Source of the DNA: Coriobacteriia bacterium
Lineage (GTDB): Bacteria; Actinomycetota; Coriobacteriia; Anaerosomatales; PALSA-660
Assembly (NCBI GenBank): GCA_025361335.1
Contig: JANYAK010000002.1
Location: forward strand, 1,060 to 65,059
DNA length: 64,000 bases
Direction of reading: 5' to 3'
Shown here: positions 10,096 to 19,354 of the stretch, one piece after another
Layout: every line of letters begins with the position of its first letter
Numbering within the stretch: position 1 is the stretch's first letter
Program-made: the position numbers and the translations under genes
The notes under the pieces: generated by a model
Told to the model about the DNA's origin: nothing
Database searches by the model: none
Seen by the model: only the letters and a program-made list of their open reading frames with translations

Positions 10096-10644
10096 CTAAC
10101 CGCTCACTACCGGCGTCAGTACGCGGGCGAGATTGACGAGCGCCACAAGCTGGCCGCCCGTGTAGAACGTGCCGCTGATGAAGTCGGCTTGAGCCCGGTC
10201 CGTGGTGGCGAGCGGCGGTTCCATCTCGTCCGCCGACACGTCGACGATGTCGCCGATCGAGTCCACCATCAGGGCCGTGCAGACCGTCTGATCCTTCACG
10301 ACTATGACCGGCTGATGCTCGCCTCCGCCAGCCCGCTGGCTCTTCCCAAGATCGGCCATGAGCCGCAGGTCCACCACGGAGACGATCTCGCCGCGGATGT
10401 TGATGACTCCCAGCACGAAGTCGGGCGCTCGCGGGATGGGCGTGACCGTGTACTCGTTCTCGATCTCGCGGACGTCCTCGATGCGCACGCCGTAGGTCTC
10501 GTCGCCCAGCGCGAACAGCAGCACGCCGGTGCGCTGCTCGTCGACGCCGTCCACCTGCTCGACCGCCAGAGAATCGGCGCGCTTCCGCAGGGTCTCCAAC
10601 CGGAGTTCCTCACCGGGCGACATGGTCCCACCGGGTCCGGCCAT
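10096..10644 (-). CDS. cheW: Chemotaxis coupling protein CheW
   Basis: 182 aa. The CheW-like fold signature ([20 protein letters not shown]...[25 protein letters not shown]) is present. Confidence 0.9.
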   Translation of the reverse strand: MAGPGGTMSPGEELRLETLRKRADSLAVEQVDGVDEQRTGVLLFALGDETYGVRIEDVREIENEYTVTPIPRAPDFVLGVINIRGEIVSVVDLRLMADLGKSQRAGGGEHQPVIVVKDQTVCTALMVDSIGDIVDVSADEMEPPLATTDRAQADFISGTFYTGGQLVALVNLARVLTPVVSG

Positions 10645-10647
10645 CGT

Positions 10648-11268
10648 CTACGACCTCCCCGCTGTGGACAGCGAAGGCGGGATCAGGGCGTCGACGTCGA
10701 AGACGAACACCATCCCGCTCTCGAGGCTGCACACGCTCAGGAGTCGGTCGCTGAGGGCGTGCACGCTCGAAGGCGCCTGCATGCTCCCCGCTGGAACCTC
10801 GAGGACGTCTTCGACCTCGTCCACGACGAGCGCGACGATGCCCTGCGCCGTGCGCGTGAACACCATCGGCGTCTGCAACCCCTGCACGAGCGGCTCCAGC
10901 CCGACCAGCGCCCGCAGGTCGACCACGGGCACCACGCGCCCCCGGACGTTGATCACGCCCAGGATCGCCGCCGACGTGTCGGGCAGTCCGGATATCTCAA
11001 CGATCTGCTGGATCTCCTGCACCACATCGATGGGGAACGCGTAGCGCTGCCCCTCGATGGAGAAGACGACGATGCGCTCCGGGCTCCCGGGGTCGACCGA
11101 CTCCACGGGCTCCTCGATGAAGTCGTCGAGCACGATCGGGGACGCCCCGATCGCGTCCGCCGATGGGGCCTCGGCCGGGGCCGTCGAACCTGTGGAGTCG
11201 GCCGCGCGCTTGGGAGCCCGCTTCTTCGCCGGCACCGGGCTCGGCTTCGCGTCCTTGCGCGCACTCAT
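10648..11268 (-). CDS. CheW-like protein with Ala/Pro/Lys-rich N-terminal extension
   Basis: Starts MSARKDAKPSP... at an ATG forming an ATGA overlap with the upstream gene. The core VVFSIEGQRYAFPIDVVQEI...ILGVINVRGRVVPVVDLR is CheW-like. The longer track ORF start is discounted. Confidence 0.85.
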   Translation of the reverse strand: MSARKDAKPSPVPAKKRAPKRAADSTGSTAPAEAPSADAIGASPIVLDDFIEEPVESVDPGSPERIVVFSIEGQRYAFPIDVVQEIQQIVEISGLPDTSAAILGVINVRGRVVPVVDLRALVGLEPLVQGLQTPMVFTRTAQGIVALVVDEVEDVLEVPAGSMQAPSSVHALSDRLLSVCSLESGMVFVFDVDALIPPSLSTAGRS

Positions 11269-13034
11269 CGGGGAAGCCTCAGGACGCGGTCGAGCTCGTC
11301 GGCGCTCACGAGCCCCGCGGCGACCTTCGCGATGCCCGACGTCACGAGCGGCCTCATGCCCGCGGCCAGAGCGGCCTTGGTGAGGGCTTCCGCGTCCGCC
11401 CCGCGAGCGACCGCCATCCGCACGGGATCGGAGAACGGCAGGACCTCGAAGATCCCCGTGACCCCCGCGAAGCCGGACTGGCCGCAGTTCGGGCACCCGG
11501 ATCCGGACTTGCTGACAAGGCCGGCCGGCGCCCCTGGCAGGAGCGCGACAGCCGGTGACGGCTTCTCCACACCGCAGTTGGGGCAGTTGACCCGCACGAG
11601 CCGCTGCCCGATGGCCAGGGTCAGCGCCGACGAGAGCCCGTAGGGCTCGGCGCCCAGGTCGAGCAGCACCCGGACGGCGGGCACGATCCCCGCGGCCACG
11701 ACGGTCGCGATGACCAGTCGTCCCGCGGCGGCGGCCTCGACGGCGAGGGAGACTTCCTCCCCCGTAGCCAGGCCGTCGATGGCGATCACGTCGGTGTCCT
11801 GCCGGCTGCCGGCCGCCAGGTAGGCGGCGGGTCCCACGGGAGAGCCGGGACTCACCAGCACCTGAGCCACGGCCGGGATCTCGTGCTCGATGGAGCGTTC
11901 GACGGAGAACACGGTCTTGCCCACGGCCGCCGCATGGGCAAGGAGCGCGTAGTACGTCGCGCTGCGGCCCTCGGCCGCCGGAGACGCGATCAGCAGGATG
12001 CCCCTGCCGCGCTCCACCATCACGTGCAAGGCGCGTGTCTCGGCGTCCCCCAGCCCGAGCGCTTCGACGCCGCGTGGCTCGGCGCGGTGCGGCGCCAAGG
12101 AGACCACCAGACGCTGTCCCGAGATCGTGGGAACGACCGACACGACCAGCACCAGGTCCTGGCCGGCCAGATGGGCGCGCACGCGCCCGGTGGCCGGCAG
12201 GTTCGAGCCGGCCGCCCCGATCCGGACGAAGTTCTTGAAGCCGTCGACAAGCGACGACTGCAGAGACAGTGGAGCGCTGGCGACCTTCTCCAGACGCCCG
12301 CCGACCCGGTAGACGAGGAAGAAGTCGTCCTTGTACGGGAGGAGCTGGACCCGGGTGGCGCCCCGCGAGGCCGCGTCGATGAGGATATCCGTGACCAGGA
12401 GCGAGACCTTCACGGAATCGGCCACGGCGAGCACGTCGAGGTCGACCGCGGAGGCGCCCGCCGGGGTGGCCGCGGCGATCTGCTCGATGGTGCCCGCCGC
12501 CTCGTGGGCGACCGGCGCCAGCGGGATCCCGGTCTCGGGCGGGACCACGACCGCGACCGGTGCCGAGGGCACCTGCACCGGTGCGGGCCCCGACTCCGGC
12601 TCGCCGTAGTACTGCGTGATCGCCGCCAGGAGCGGCTCGGGGTCGGTGAGCACCGGGTCGAACTCCACGTGGAGCTCGGCAGCGACGTCGTCCAGGTCGA
12701 GCACGTTCATCGGATCCCCGACGGCGATCGTGACCGCGCCGTCGATCTCGAACAGGGGCAGCAGCCGACGCGATCGCGCGACCTGGGCCGGCATGAGCGC
12801 CAGCGCCTCTTCGTCCGGCGTGTACGAGGACAGATCGACGCGAGGGACTCCGAGCTCGGCCTCGAGCGCGTTGCCGACGTCCGCCGAGCTGACGAGACCC
12901 CGCTCGGTCAGAACGCGGCCGACCGACACGCCTCCGACGGCTGCTCCGCGCACGCTGGAGAGCTGCTCGGCCGTCAGGAGACCGGCGTCGACCAGCGTGT
13001 CGAGCACCCTGTCGGTGAGACTCGTCTCAGCCAC
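11265..13034 (-). CDS. GspE/PilB-family protein with MshEN/T2SSE_N-type N-terminal domain and degenerate (probably inactive) ATPase core
   Basis: 589 aa. N-terminus LVDAGLLTAEQL...GRVLTERGLVSSADVGNALEAELGVP..DL is T2SSE_N-like. At the Walker A position it has GILLIASPAAEGRS instead of G.TGSGK[ST]. The Walker B region is DTDVIAIDGLAT (no Glu) and the His-box is AGRLVIATVVAA (no His). The tetra-Cys CPNC...CPNC is retained. Confidence 0.8.
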   Translation of the reverse strand: MAETSLTDRVLDTLVDAGLLTAEQLSSVRGAAVGGVSVGRVLTERGLVSSADVGNALEAELGVPRVDLSSYTPDEEALALMPAQVARSRRLLPLFEIDGAVTIAVGDPMNVLDLDDVAAELHVEFDPVLTDPEPLLAAITQYYGEPESGPAPVQVPSAPVAVVVPPETGIPLAPVAHEAAGTIEQIAAATPAGASAVDLDVLAVADSVKVSLLVTDILIDAASRGATRVQLLPYKDDFFLVYRVGGRLEKVASAPLSLQSSLVDGFKNFVRIGAAGSNLPATGRVRAHLAGQDLVLVVSVVPTISGQRLVVSLAPHRAEPRGVEALGLGDAETRALHVMVERGRGILLIASPAAEGRSATYYALLAHAAAVGKTVFSVERSIEHEIPAVAQVLVSPGSPVGPAAYLAAGSRQDTDVIAIDGLATGEEVSLAVEAAAAGRLVIATVVAAGIVPAVRVLLDLGAEPYGLSSALTLAIGQRLVRVNCPNCGVEKPSPAVALLPGAPAGLVSKSGSGCPNCGQSGFAGVTGIFEVLPFSDPVRMAVARGADAEALTKAALAAGMRPLVTSGIAKVAAGLVSADELDRVLRLPR

Positions 13035-13046
13035 CGCGACCGTCCG

Positions 13047-13427
13047 CTATCCCTGGGCCTTGGACAGTTCCTCGGCGACGGCTTCCAGCAGTCTCTCGGG
13101 CTCGACGGGCTTGGTCAGGTACTGGTTCGCACCCGTCCTGATGCCCGTCGCCATCGCCTGTTCCTCGGTCTTGGCTGTCAGCATGATGATGGGGATGTCC
13201 TTGTAGTTCTGGTCGAACTTCAGCAGACGGCACACCCGATAGCCGTCCAGCTTCGGCAGCATGACATCGAGCAGGATGAGGTCGGGCTTCTCGGCGCGGG
13301 CGGTCTCGAGCGCGGCCGCCCCGTCGGATGCCGTGAGCACCTCGTAGCCACCCGCCAGGAGGATGGCCTTGATCATCTCGAGGATGGTCGGACTGTCATC
13401 GACAGCCAGTATCCTAGCGTTCGCCAT
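13047..13427 (-). CDS. cheY: CheY-like single-domain response regulator
   Basis: 126 aa. Contains ILAVDDSPT...DLILLDVMLPKLDG...IIMLTAK, the receiver-domain acidic pocket, phospho-Asp and Lys. Confidence 0.9.
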   Translation of the reverse strand: MANARILAVDDSPTILEMIKAILLAGGYEVLTASDGAAALETARAEKPDLILLDVMLPKLDGYRVCRLLKFDQNYKDIPIIMLTAKTEEQAMATGIRTGANQYLTKPVEPERLLEAVAEELSKAQG

Positions 13428-13457
13428 GAGACTCCCTCCGGTGGTGCGACGGCATGG

Positions 13458-14924
13458 TTATGAGGCCCCCATCGCCTTCCGACACTCTAGCAGAGAACGT
13501 TCGCAGGTTCTGAGTATGACGTCGGCCTGCCACCCGCCCAAGAAGCGCGTCCAGGCGCCCTCTGGATCCACGTACAGCGCCCTCAGCGCGTTCTCATATC
13601 CGCGGCATGCATCCTCGTAGCGGGACTGGGACTTGTGGATGTTGGCGAGGTTGAGGTGCGCGAGCACGAACTGCGGGTCGATGTAGATGGTCTTCTTGAA
13701 CTCGGTCACCGCGCTGGCGACGTCCCCCTGGCTCTGCTGGATGACGCCCAGCAGGTACCGGGCGCCCGCGAGCAACGGGTCCTGCGCCAAGGCCGCCTGG
13801 CATTCGCTTCGGGCGCGGTCGTACTCGCCCGCGTCCGCGTGGGCGTGCGCGGCGACCAGGAGGTCCGGGAGTCGCGCGGCGTCGGCCGGAGCGGGGCTTG
13901 GTGCCGCTGCCGGGCTCGGGACCGGCGGCGTAGGGCCGCTCGCACGGCGTTCGGGCATCGCTGGGCGGTCGACCACCGCCGCCGTCCTGCGTTCGGGCGT
14001 CGGGCCCGCCGCGCGCTCCCTGGCACGACGCTCGGTCCCGGTCTCGGCCCTGCCGACCGCCACGATGCGTCGGGCGCGTCGCTTGCGGTACAGGAAGACT
14101 CCGCCGACCTCGACCGATTCGAACTGGTCGGTGATGGTCGTGAGCGTCTCCGAGTGCCCCACGAACAGGTAGCCCCCGTCGTTCAGGCTGTCGTGGAAGT
14201 TCTGGACCACACGGCGCGTCGACTCGAGCCGGAAGTAGATGGTGACGTTGCGGCAGAAGATGACATCCCAGTTGCCCAGCAGGGCGGTGGGATAGGGTTC
14301 CTTGATCAGGTTCTGGTAGGTGAAGTCGCATATGTTGCGCACGTGCGGCGCCAGCCGGTAGCCGTCGTCCGTCCGCTCGAAGTGCCGGGCGATCGTCTCG
14401 TCAGGGACGTTGGCCAGGTGACGCTGCTGATAGATCCCCGCCTTCGCCGTCGCCAGCGCCTTGGTCGAAACGTCGGTTCCCATCACCTCGCCGCGCCACC
14501 CCGCGCCCTCGAGGCCCGAGTCGAGAAAGGTCATGGCGATGGAGTACGGCTCCTCGCCCGTGGAGCAGCCCGCGGACCACATGCGCAGGGCACGGCTGTC
14601 CCCGGTCCGCTCGCTGGCGATCTCGGGCAGGATCCGCGCCCTCAGGGCCTCGAACTGACCCGGGAAACGGAAGAACGAGGTCTCGTTGATCGTGATGAGA
14701 CTCATGAGTTCGCGGAACTCCGCCTCGTCACGAGACAGGACGTCGAGGTACTGGCTCCAGCCAGGGCAGTCGAGCCGGGTCGCTCGCGTGAGAAGCGAGA
14801 TGCGCAGGGAGTCGAGCTTCGAGTCCTCCAGGTAGATCCCGGAGTGCTGCTGGATGTAGTCGCGGAACTCCCTGAACTCCGCAAGCGGGAGGTCCTTGGG
14901 GAGGCGGTCGCCGGGGGAGCTCAC
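13458..14924 (-). CDS. cheR: Chemotaxis protein methyltransferase CheR with C-terminal TPR region
   Basis: CheR SAM-binding core (TSFFR, RMWSAGCSTGEEPYSIA, DVIFCRNV.IYF) is followed by a Pro/Ala linker and TPR-like repeats (A.Y.LG.I....GD...A...F.K.I..DP.F..AH.NLA). Confidence 0.9.
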   Translation of the reverse strand: MSSPGDRLPKDLPLAEFREFRDYIQQHSGIYLEDSKLDSLRISLLTRATRLDCPGWSQYLDVLSRDEAEFRELMSLITINETSFFRFPGQFEALRARILPEIASERTGDSRALRMWSAGCSTGEEPYSIAMTFLDSGLEGAGWRGEVMGTDVSTKALATAKAGIYQQRHLANVPDETIARHFERTDDGYRLAPHVRNICDFTYQNLIKEPYPTALLGNWDVIFCRNVTIYFRLESTRRVVQNFHDSLNDGGYLFVGHSETLTTITDQFESVEVGGVFLYRKRRARRIVAVGRAETGTERRARERAAGPTPERRTAAVVDRPAMPERRASGPTPPVPSPAAAPSPAPADAARLPDLLVAAHAHADAGEYDRARSECQAALAQDPLLAGARYLLGVIQQSQGDVASAVTEFKKTIYIDPQFVLAHLNLANIHKSQSRYEDACRGYENALRALYVDPEGAWTRFLGGWQADVILRTCERSLLECRKAMGAS

Positions 14925-14931
14925 GTCGCCC

Positions 14932-15684
14932 TCAGACGCCGGCGGCGGCAGCTCCGCCGGAGCTCTCGACCCGGTCGATCAGCCCGACCGAGAACATGCC
15001 GTACAGGATCTTCGCGGTCTCGAAGTCGTTGTAGCCGGTCAGGTCGATCAGCTCGCGCACCGTGCGCCTCCCGTGCAGGTAGCACAGGAGCATCCACTCC
15101 TTCGGCTTCAGGTGGATCTCCATCGACTTGTCGCCGGGGGCCACGGCCATGGTGAACGCCGTGTCCATGCTCGGGATCTTCTCCCGGATCTTGTTCCAGA
15201 TCTCGAGGCGCCGAGCCGACTCCATGATGATGTTCTCCACGGAGACCGAGACGCCGATGTCCTCGTCGTCGCACGTCTCGTCAGCCTCGAAGCGCAGGTT
15301 GCCCTCCTCCCATCGGAAGAGGTCGAACAGCGTGTCGTTAACCTGGTCCTGGATGAAGTTCTCCAGGATCTTCGAGTCGAGGTAGCCTTCGTCGACCAGG
15401 ATCTGGCCGAGCCGGCGGCCGGCCTTCTCCTTCTTCTGGATCTTCTGGAGGCCGAGCGCCTGGCGCAGCTGCTTCTCGGACACGGCGCCCGACTTGACGA
15501 GGCGGCGGCCCAGGGACTCGCGGTTCCAGTTGCTCGAGGCGAAGAAGACGCGGCCGTTGTCGAAGCAGACCTTGCCGTTGGCGTCCGCGCGCTCGAGGTA
15601 CAGGATCCCGGACTTCCTGCCCGACGCGACAAGACGGAACATGTCCGTCAGGGAGAAGTCCTTGAGGTTGCCTTCGAGCGCCAC
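14932..15684 (-). CDS. DUF4388 (PATAN-type) domain protein carrying two MshEN-like 24-residue motifs
   Basis: 250 aa. N-terminus GNLKDFSLTDMFRLVASGRKSGILYLE...GKVCFDNGRVFFA is the DUF4388 signature. Residues 57-80 (SLGRRLVKSGAVSEKQLRQALGLQ) and 91-114 (RLGQILVDEGYLDSKILENFIQDQ) fit RLGxxLLxxGLLxxxxLxxxLxxQ. Confidence 0.75.
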   Translation of the reverse strand: MALEGNLKDFSLTDMFRLVASGRKSGILYLERADANGKVCFDNGRVFFASSNWNRESLGRRLVKSGAVSEKQLRQALGLQKIQKKEKAGRRLGQILVDEGYLDSKILENFIQDQVNDTLFDLFRWEEGNLRFEADETCDDEDIGVSVSVENIIMESARRLEIWNKIREKIPSMDTAFTMAVAPGDKSMEIHLKPKEWMLLCYLHGRRTVRELIDLTGYNDFETAKILYGMFSVGLIDRVESSGGAAAAGV

Positions 15685-15780
15685 GCGCTGCCTTTCGACA
15701 TGCGGCTGCCGAGCACTCCGATACTAGCACGCTCGCTCGTGCTCGGGCCACGAGAGCGGGATGGCCCCCTCAAGCGGCGG

Positions 15781-16635
15781 TCAGAGTGCGCCGCGAGCGG
15801 CGGACAGGGCGACGCGGAGGGCCGCGTACTCGTCCGGCGTCGAGATCCCGCCGTCGTCCGCGATGAGCAGCCCGCCGGCGTGCGCGAGAATGAAGGCCCT
15901 CGTCCCGGCCAGGACCGCGCGAGGGGGACCGTGTTCGAGGTCGGCCGTGACGAGCCCGCCGAGGATCGCCAGGCCCTCGCGGCGCGCCCGCGCGTGCAGG
16001 CGCTCGAACACCTCGGCGGGCACGCCACCCGCGTGAAGGCCCGCGAAGCCCGCCGCCGCCAGCCCGCGCAGGAACACGGACGTCTCCCCGTCCGAGTGCA
16101 GGATCGCGGGCTTGCCGGCCGCCGCGCACGCGCGAGCTCCATCGCGCAGCCTCGGCATCACCTCGTCGGCCACGAAGTCGGGCGCCACCAACGGGCCCGA
16201 GGCCCCCGCGAGGTCATCGGCAATCACCACGGCGTCGGCCCGCAATCCCACGCCGAGCGCGATCGAGGCGAGCATGGCGTCGCGTGCGGCGTCGAGCGGG
16301 GCGGCCAGCGACTCGGGATCGCGAGCCGTGGCGCGCAGACCCTCGGCGATGCCGACCGAGTCGAGCGCGGGGCCGAGAACGCCCGGCGCCACCCACAGTG
16401 AGGCGATGCCCTCGATGCGCAGCAGCCCGACGAGACGACCCGCCCACGGCTCCCACGACGGCACGAACGCGAAGTCGAGGCCGACGCTCGCGAAGGAGGC
16501 GGCGAACGAGTCGGCCGGGGAGTCGCCGCGCGCGTCACGCAGGAGGCCGGGAGCGACGAAGCTGACGCCACACACCGGCGGATGCTCGAACTCGCCGCCC
16601 AGGGCGGCCAGCGTGCGCTCGATGCCGTCGTTCAC
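15781..16635 (-). CDS. Uroporphyrinogen-decarboxylase (URO-D)-like family protein, function unknown
   Basis: GTG at 16635 is preceded by GAAGGAGCGAGG. There is weak family resemblance only (ERTLAALGGE...P, DDLAG.SGPLV.P.F....V.P....G.......GKP.ILHSDG). No diagnostic motif was recognised. Confidence 0.4.
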   Translation of the reverse strand: MNDGIERTLAALGGEFEHPPVCGVSFVAPGLLRDARGDSPADSFAASFASVGLDFAFVPSWEPWAGRLVGLLRIEGIASLWVAPGVLGPALDSVGIAEGLRATARDPESLAAPLDAARDAMLASIALGVGLRADAVVIADDLAGASGPLVAPDFVADEVMPRLRDGARACAAAGKPAILHSDGETSVFLRGLAAAGFAGLHAGGVPAEVFERLHARARREGLAILGGLVTADLEHGPPRAVLAGTRAFILAHAGGLLIADDGGISTPDEYAALRVALSAARGAL

Positions 16636-16688
16636 CCTCGCTCCTTCTGTTAGCCTCCGATGCCTGAGGGTACCCTCGTGGCAGCGGC

Positions 16689-19319
16689 GTGACCACCGAG
16701 CAGCGCGGAGGCGATGTGCCACAGCAGGCGACCGAGACGGCATTCTGGGCGGACGCCGCCGACGCGATGCTCGCGCGGCTGAAGACGTCGCCGGAGGGGC
16801 TCACTTCGGCCGAGGCCGCCGCGCGGCTGACCCGCGTCGGCCCGAACCGGATCGGCCAGCACAAGCGGCCGACCGACCTCCTGCTGCTGCTGCGGCAGTT
16901 CCGCAGCCCCATCATCGTCATCCTGCTGGCGGCGGCAGCCCTGTACGCGTTCCTCGGCGATCCGGTCGACGCCGGCATCATCCTTGCGATAGTGCTCATC
17001 TCCGGGCTGCTGTCGTTCTGGCAGGAACGCGGCGCGGTCGACGCGGTCGACAAGCTCCTCGCCATCGTCGCGGTCATGGCCGTCGTCGTCCGCGACGGCG
17101 CCGAGAACCCGCTGCCGGTCGAGCGGATCGTGCCGGGCGATGTCGTCTCGCTCGCCGCCGGCGGCATGGTCCCGGCCGACTGCCTCGTGCTCTCCTCGCG
17201 CGAGCTGTTCGTGGACGAGGCCACCCTCACCGGCGAGACGTTCCCCGTGGAGAAGATCGAGGGCGTGCTGGACGCGGCGACGCCGCTCGCCTCGCGGACG
17301 AACTCGTTGTTCATGGGCACGCACGTCGTGTCCGGCACCGCGCGGGCGGTCGTGGTGCGGACGGGGGGCGCGACCGAATTCGGCAAGGTGTCCGAGCGGC
17401 TCGGAGACGCGCCCGAGGAGACCGAGTTCGAGCACGGCGTGCGGCGGTTCGGCTACCTGCTCATGGAAGTCACGATGGTGCTGGTGTTCGGCATCTTCGC
17501 GATCAACGTGTATCTGCACCGCCCGGTCATCGACTCGTTCCTGTTCTCGCTGGCTCTGGCGGTCGGGCTCACGCCGCAACTGCTGCCGGCGATCATCTCC
17601 ATCAACCTGGCGCACGGCGCGCGGCGCATGGCCGAACAGAAGGTCATCGTGAAGCGGCTGGCCTCCATCGAGGACTTCGGGTCGATGAGCGTGCTGTGCT
17701 CGGACAAGACGGGCACGCTGACCGAGGGCACCGTGAAGCTGCAGGCCGCGTACGACGTCTACGGCCACGAGTCGGACGACGTCGCGCTGTACGCCTACCT
17801 GAACTCGTATTTCGAGACCGGGTTCGCCAACCCCATCGATGTGGCCATCCGCTCCGCGCGCGTGATCGACGTCTCGGGCGTGCGGAAGTTGGATGAGGAA
17901 CCGTACGACTTCGTCCGCAAGCGCCTGACCGTGCTGGTGGAACGCGAGGGCAAGCCGTTCATGGTGACGAAGGGCGCGCTCGCCAACGTGCTCGACGTGT
18001 GCACGACGGCCCGCGACGCCCGCGGCAAGCCGGTGCGCCTGGAGACGGTGCGGCCAGACATCGACCACCTGCTCGAGACGCTGTCCCAGCAGGGATTGCG
18101 CACGCTGGGCGTGGCCGTGCGCGACGATGTCACGCAGCGGCGGATCGACAAGCGCCACGAGAGCGACATGACGTTCGTGGGCCTGCTCGCCTTCCTCGAC
18201 CCCGCCAAGCCCAGCGCGGCGGCTGCGGTGGCCGCCCTGCGCGCGACCGGCGTGGAGCTCAAGATCATCACCGGCGACAACGCCCTGGTCGCTCGCACTC
18301 TGGGGGCGCATATGGGTCTCGACGACCCGCGCATCCTGACCGGCGCCGAGCTGGAGAACATGCGCGAAAGCGCGCTGGCGAGGCGCGTGCGCGACGTGAA
18401 CATCTTCGCGGAGGTCGAGCCCAACCAGAAGGAGCGGATCATCCGGGCCCTGCGCAAGGCAGGTGCCGTGGTCGGCTACCTGGGCGACGGCATCAACGAT
18501 GCCAGCGCCCTGCACGCCGCCGACGTGGGCATCTCGGTGAACACGGCGGTGGACGTCGCCAAGGAAGCCGCCGACATCGTGTTGCTGGAACCCGGTCTGG
18601 ACGTACTGGCCCGCGGCATCGAGGACGGCCGCACGACGTTCGCCAACACGCTCAAGTACGTGTTCATGGCCACCAGCGCGAACTTCGGCAACATGTTCTC
18701 CATGGCAGGCGCGTCGCTGTTCCTGCCGTTCCTGCCGCTGCTGCCCACGCAGATCCTGCTGATGAACCTGGTCACGGACTTCCCGGAGATGACCATCGCG
18801 TCGGACCGCGTCGACTCGGAGCAGACGGCCGTCCCGCGGCGTTGGGACATCCGGTTCATACGCAACTTCATGGTCGTGTTCGGCCTGCTGTCCAGCGTGT
18901 TCGACTACCTGACGTTCGGCGCCCTGCTGTTCGTGATGCGGATCGACCAGACCACCGCGCACGGTCAGGCGCTGTTCCGCACGGGATGGTTCGTCGAGTC
19001 GGTGCTGTCGGCGTCGATGGTCGTGCTCATCATCCGGACGCGCCGGCCATTCCTGCGCAGCCGCCCGGGGAAGTGGCTGACCGTGGCAACGATGGGAGTA
19101 TGGGCGTTCACGCTCGGGCTGCCGTACTCGCCGCTGGCGCCCGTGTTCCGGTTCACACCTCTACCGCTGTCGTTCCTGGGCGTGCTCGCGCTCATCCTGG
19201 TCGCATACATGAGCTGCGCGGAGCTCGCGAAGGCGCTGTTCTATCGCGTGCATCCCGACACCCCGCCGCGCCGCCGCAGGCCCCGCCGGGCGGTCGCGCC
19301 CGCGCTCGAACGGCGGTAG
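16689..19319 (+). CDS. mgtA: Magnesium-translocating P-type ATPase
   Basis: 876 aa. P-type motifs SDKTGTLTEG, ITGDN, GDGINDA(S)AL and TGE. Overall MgtA-like topology and N-terminus (GLTSAEAAARL...GPN). Confidence 0.88.
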   Translation: MTTEQRGGDVPQQATETAFWADAADAMLARLKTSPEGLTSAEAAARLTRVGPNRIGQHKRPTDLLLLLRQFRSPIIVILLAAAALYAFLGDPVDAGIILAIVLISGLLSFWQERGAVDAVDKLLAIVAVMAVVVRDGAENPLPVERIVPGDVVSLAAGGMVPADCLVLSSRELFVDEATLTGETFPVEKIEGVLDAATPLASRTNSLFMGTHVVSGTARAVVVRTGGATEFGKVSERLGDAPEETEFEHGVRRFGYLLMEVTMVLVFGIFAINVYLHRPVIDSFLFSLALAVGLTPQLLPAIISINLAHGARRMAEQKVIVKRLASIEDFGSMSVLCSDKTGTLTEGTVKLQAAYDVYGHESDDVALYAYLNSYFETGFANPIDVAIRSARVIDVSGVRKLDEEPYDFVRKRLTVLVEREGKPFMVTKGALANVLDVCTTARDARGKPVRLETVRPDIDHLLETLSQQGLRTLGVAVRDDVTQRRIDKRHESDMTFVGLLAFLDPAKPSAAAAVAALRATGVELKIITGDNALVARTLGAHMGLDDPRILTGAELENMRESALARRVRDVNIFAEVEPNQKERIIRALRKAGAVVGYLGDGINDASALHAADVGISVNTAVDVAKEAADIVLLEPGLDVLARGIEDGRTTFANTLKYVFMATSANFGNMFSMAGASLFLPFLPLLPTQILLMNLVTDFPEMTIASDRVDSEQTAVPRRWDIRFIRNFMVVFGLLSSVFDYLTFGALLFVMRIDQTTAHGQALFRTGWFVESVLSASMVVLIIRTRRPFLRSRPGKWLTVATMGVWAFTLGLPYSPLAPVFRFTPLPLSFLGVLALILVAYMSCAELAKALFYRVHPDTPPRRRRPRRAVAPALERR

Positions 19320-19354
19320 GTGGGGCCCGCAGGTGTGAGGGCCCCGACCGCTAC

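Noticed and set aside
16636-16688. Possible Mg2+ (M-box) riboswitch or leader upstream of mgtA
   Set aside because: Only ~53 nt separate mgtA from the divergent upstream gene. This is too short for an M-box (~160 nt), and no conserved M-box helices are visible.
16650-18962. 770-aa minus-strand ORF antisense to mgtA
   Set aside because: The composition is biased (Arg/His/Asp/Gly-rich, no motifs), and it overlaps a P-type ATPase carrying all canonical motifs. It is a shadow ORF.
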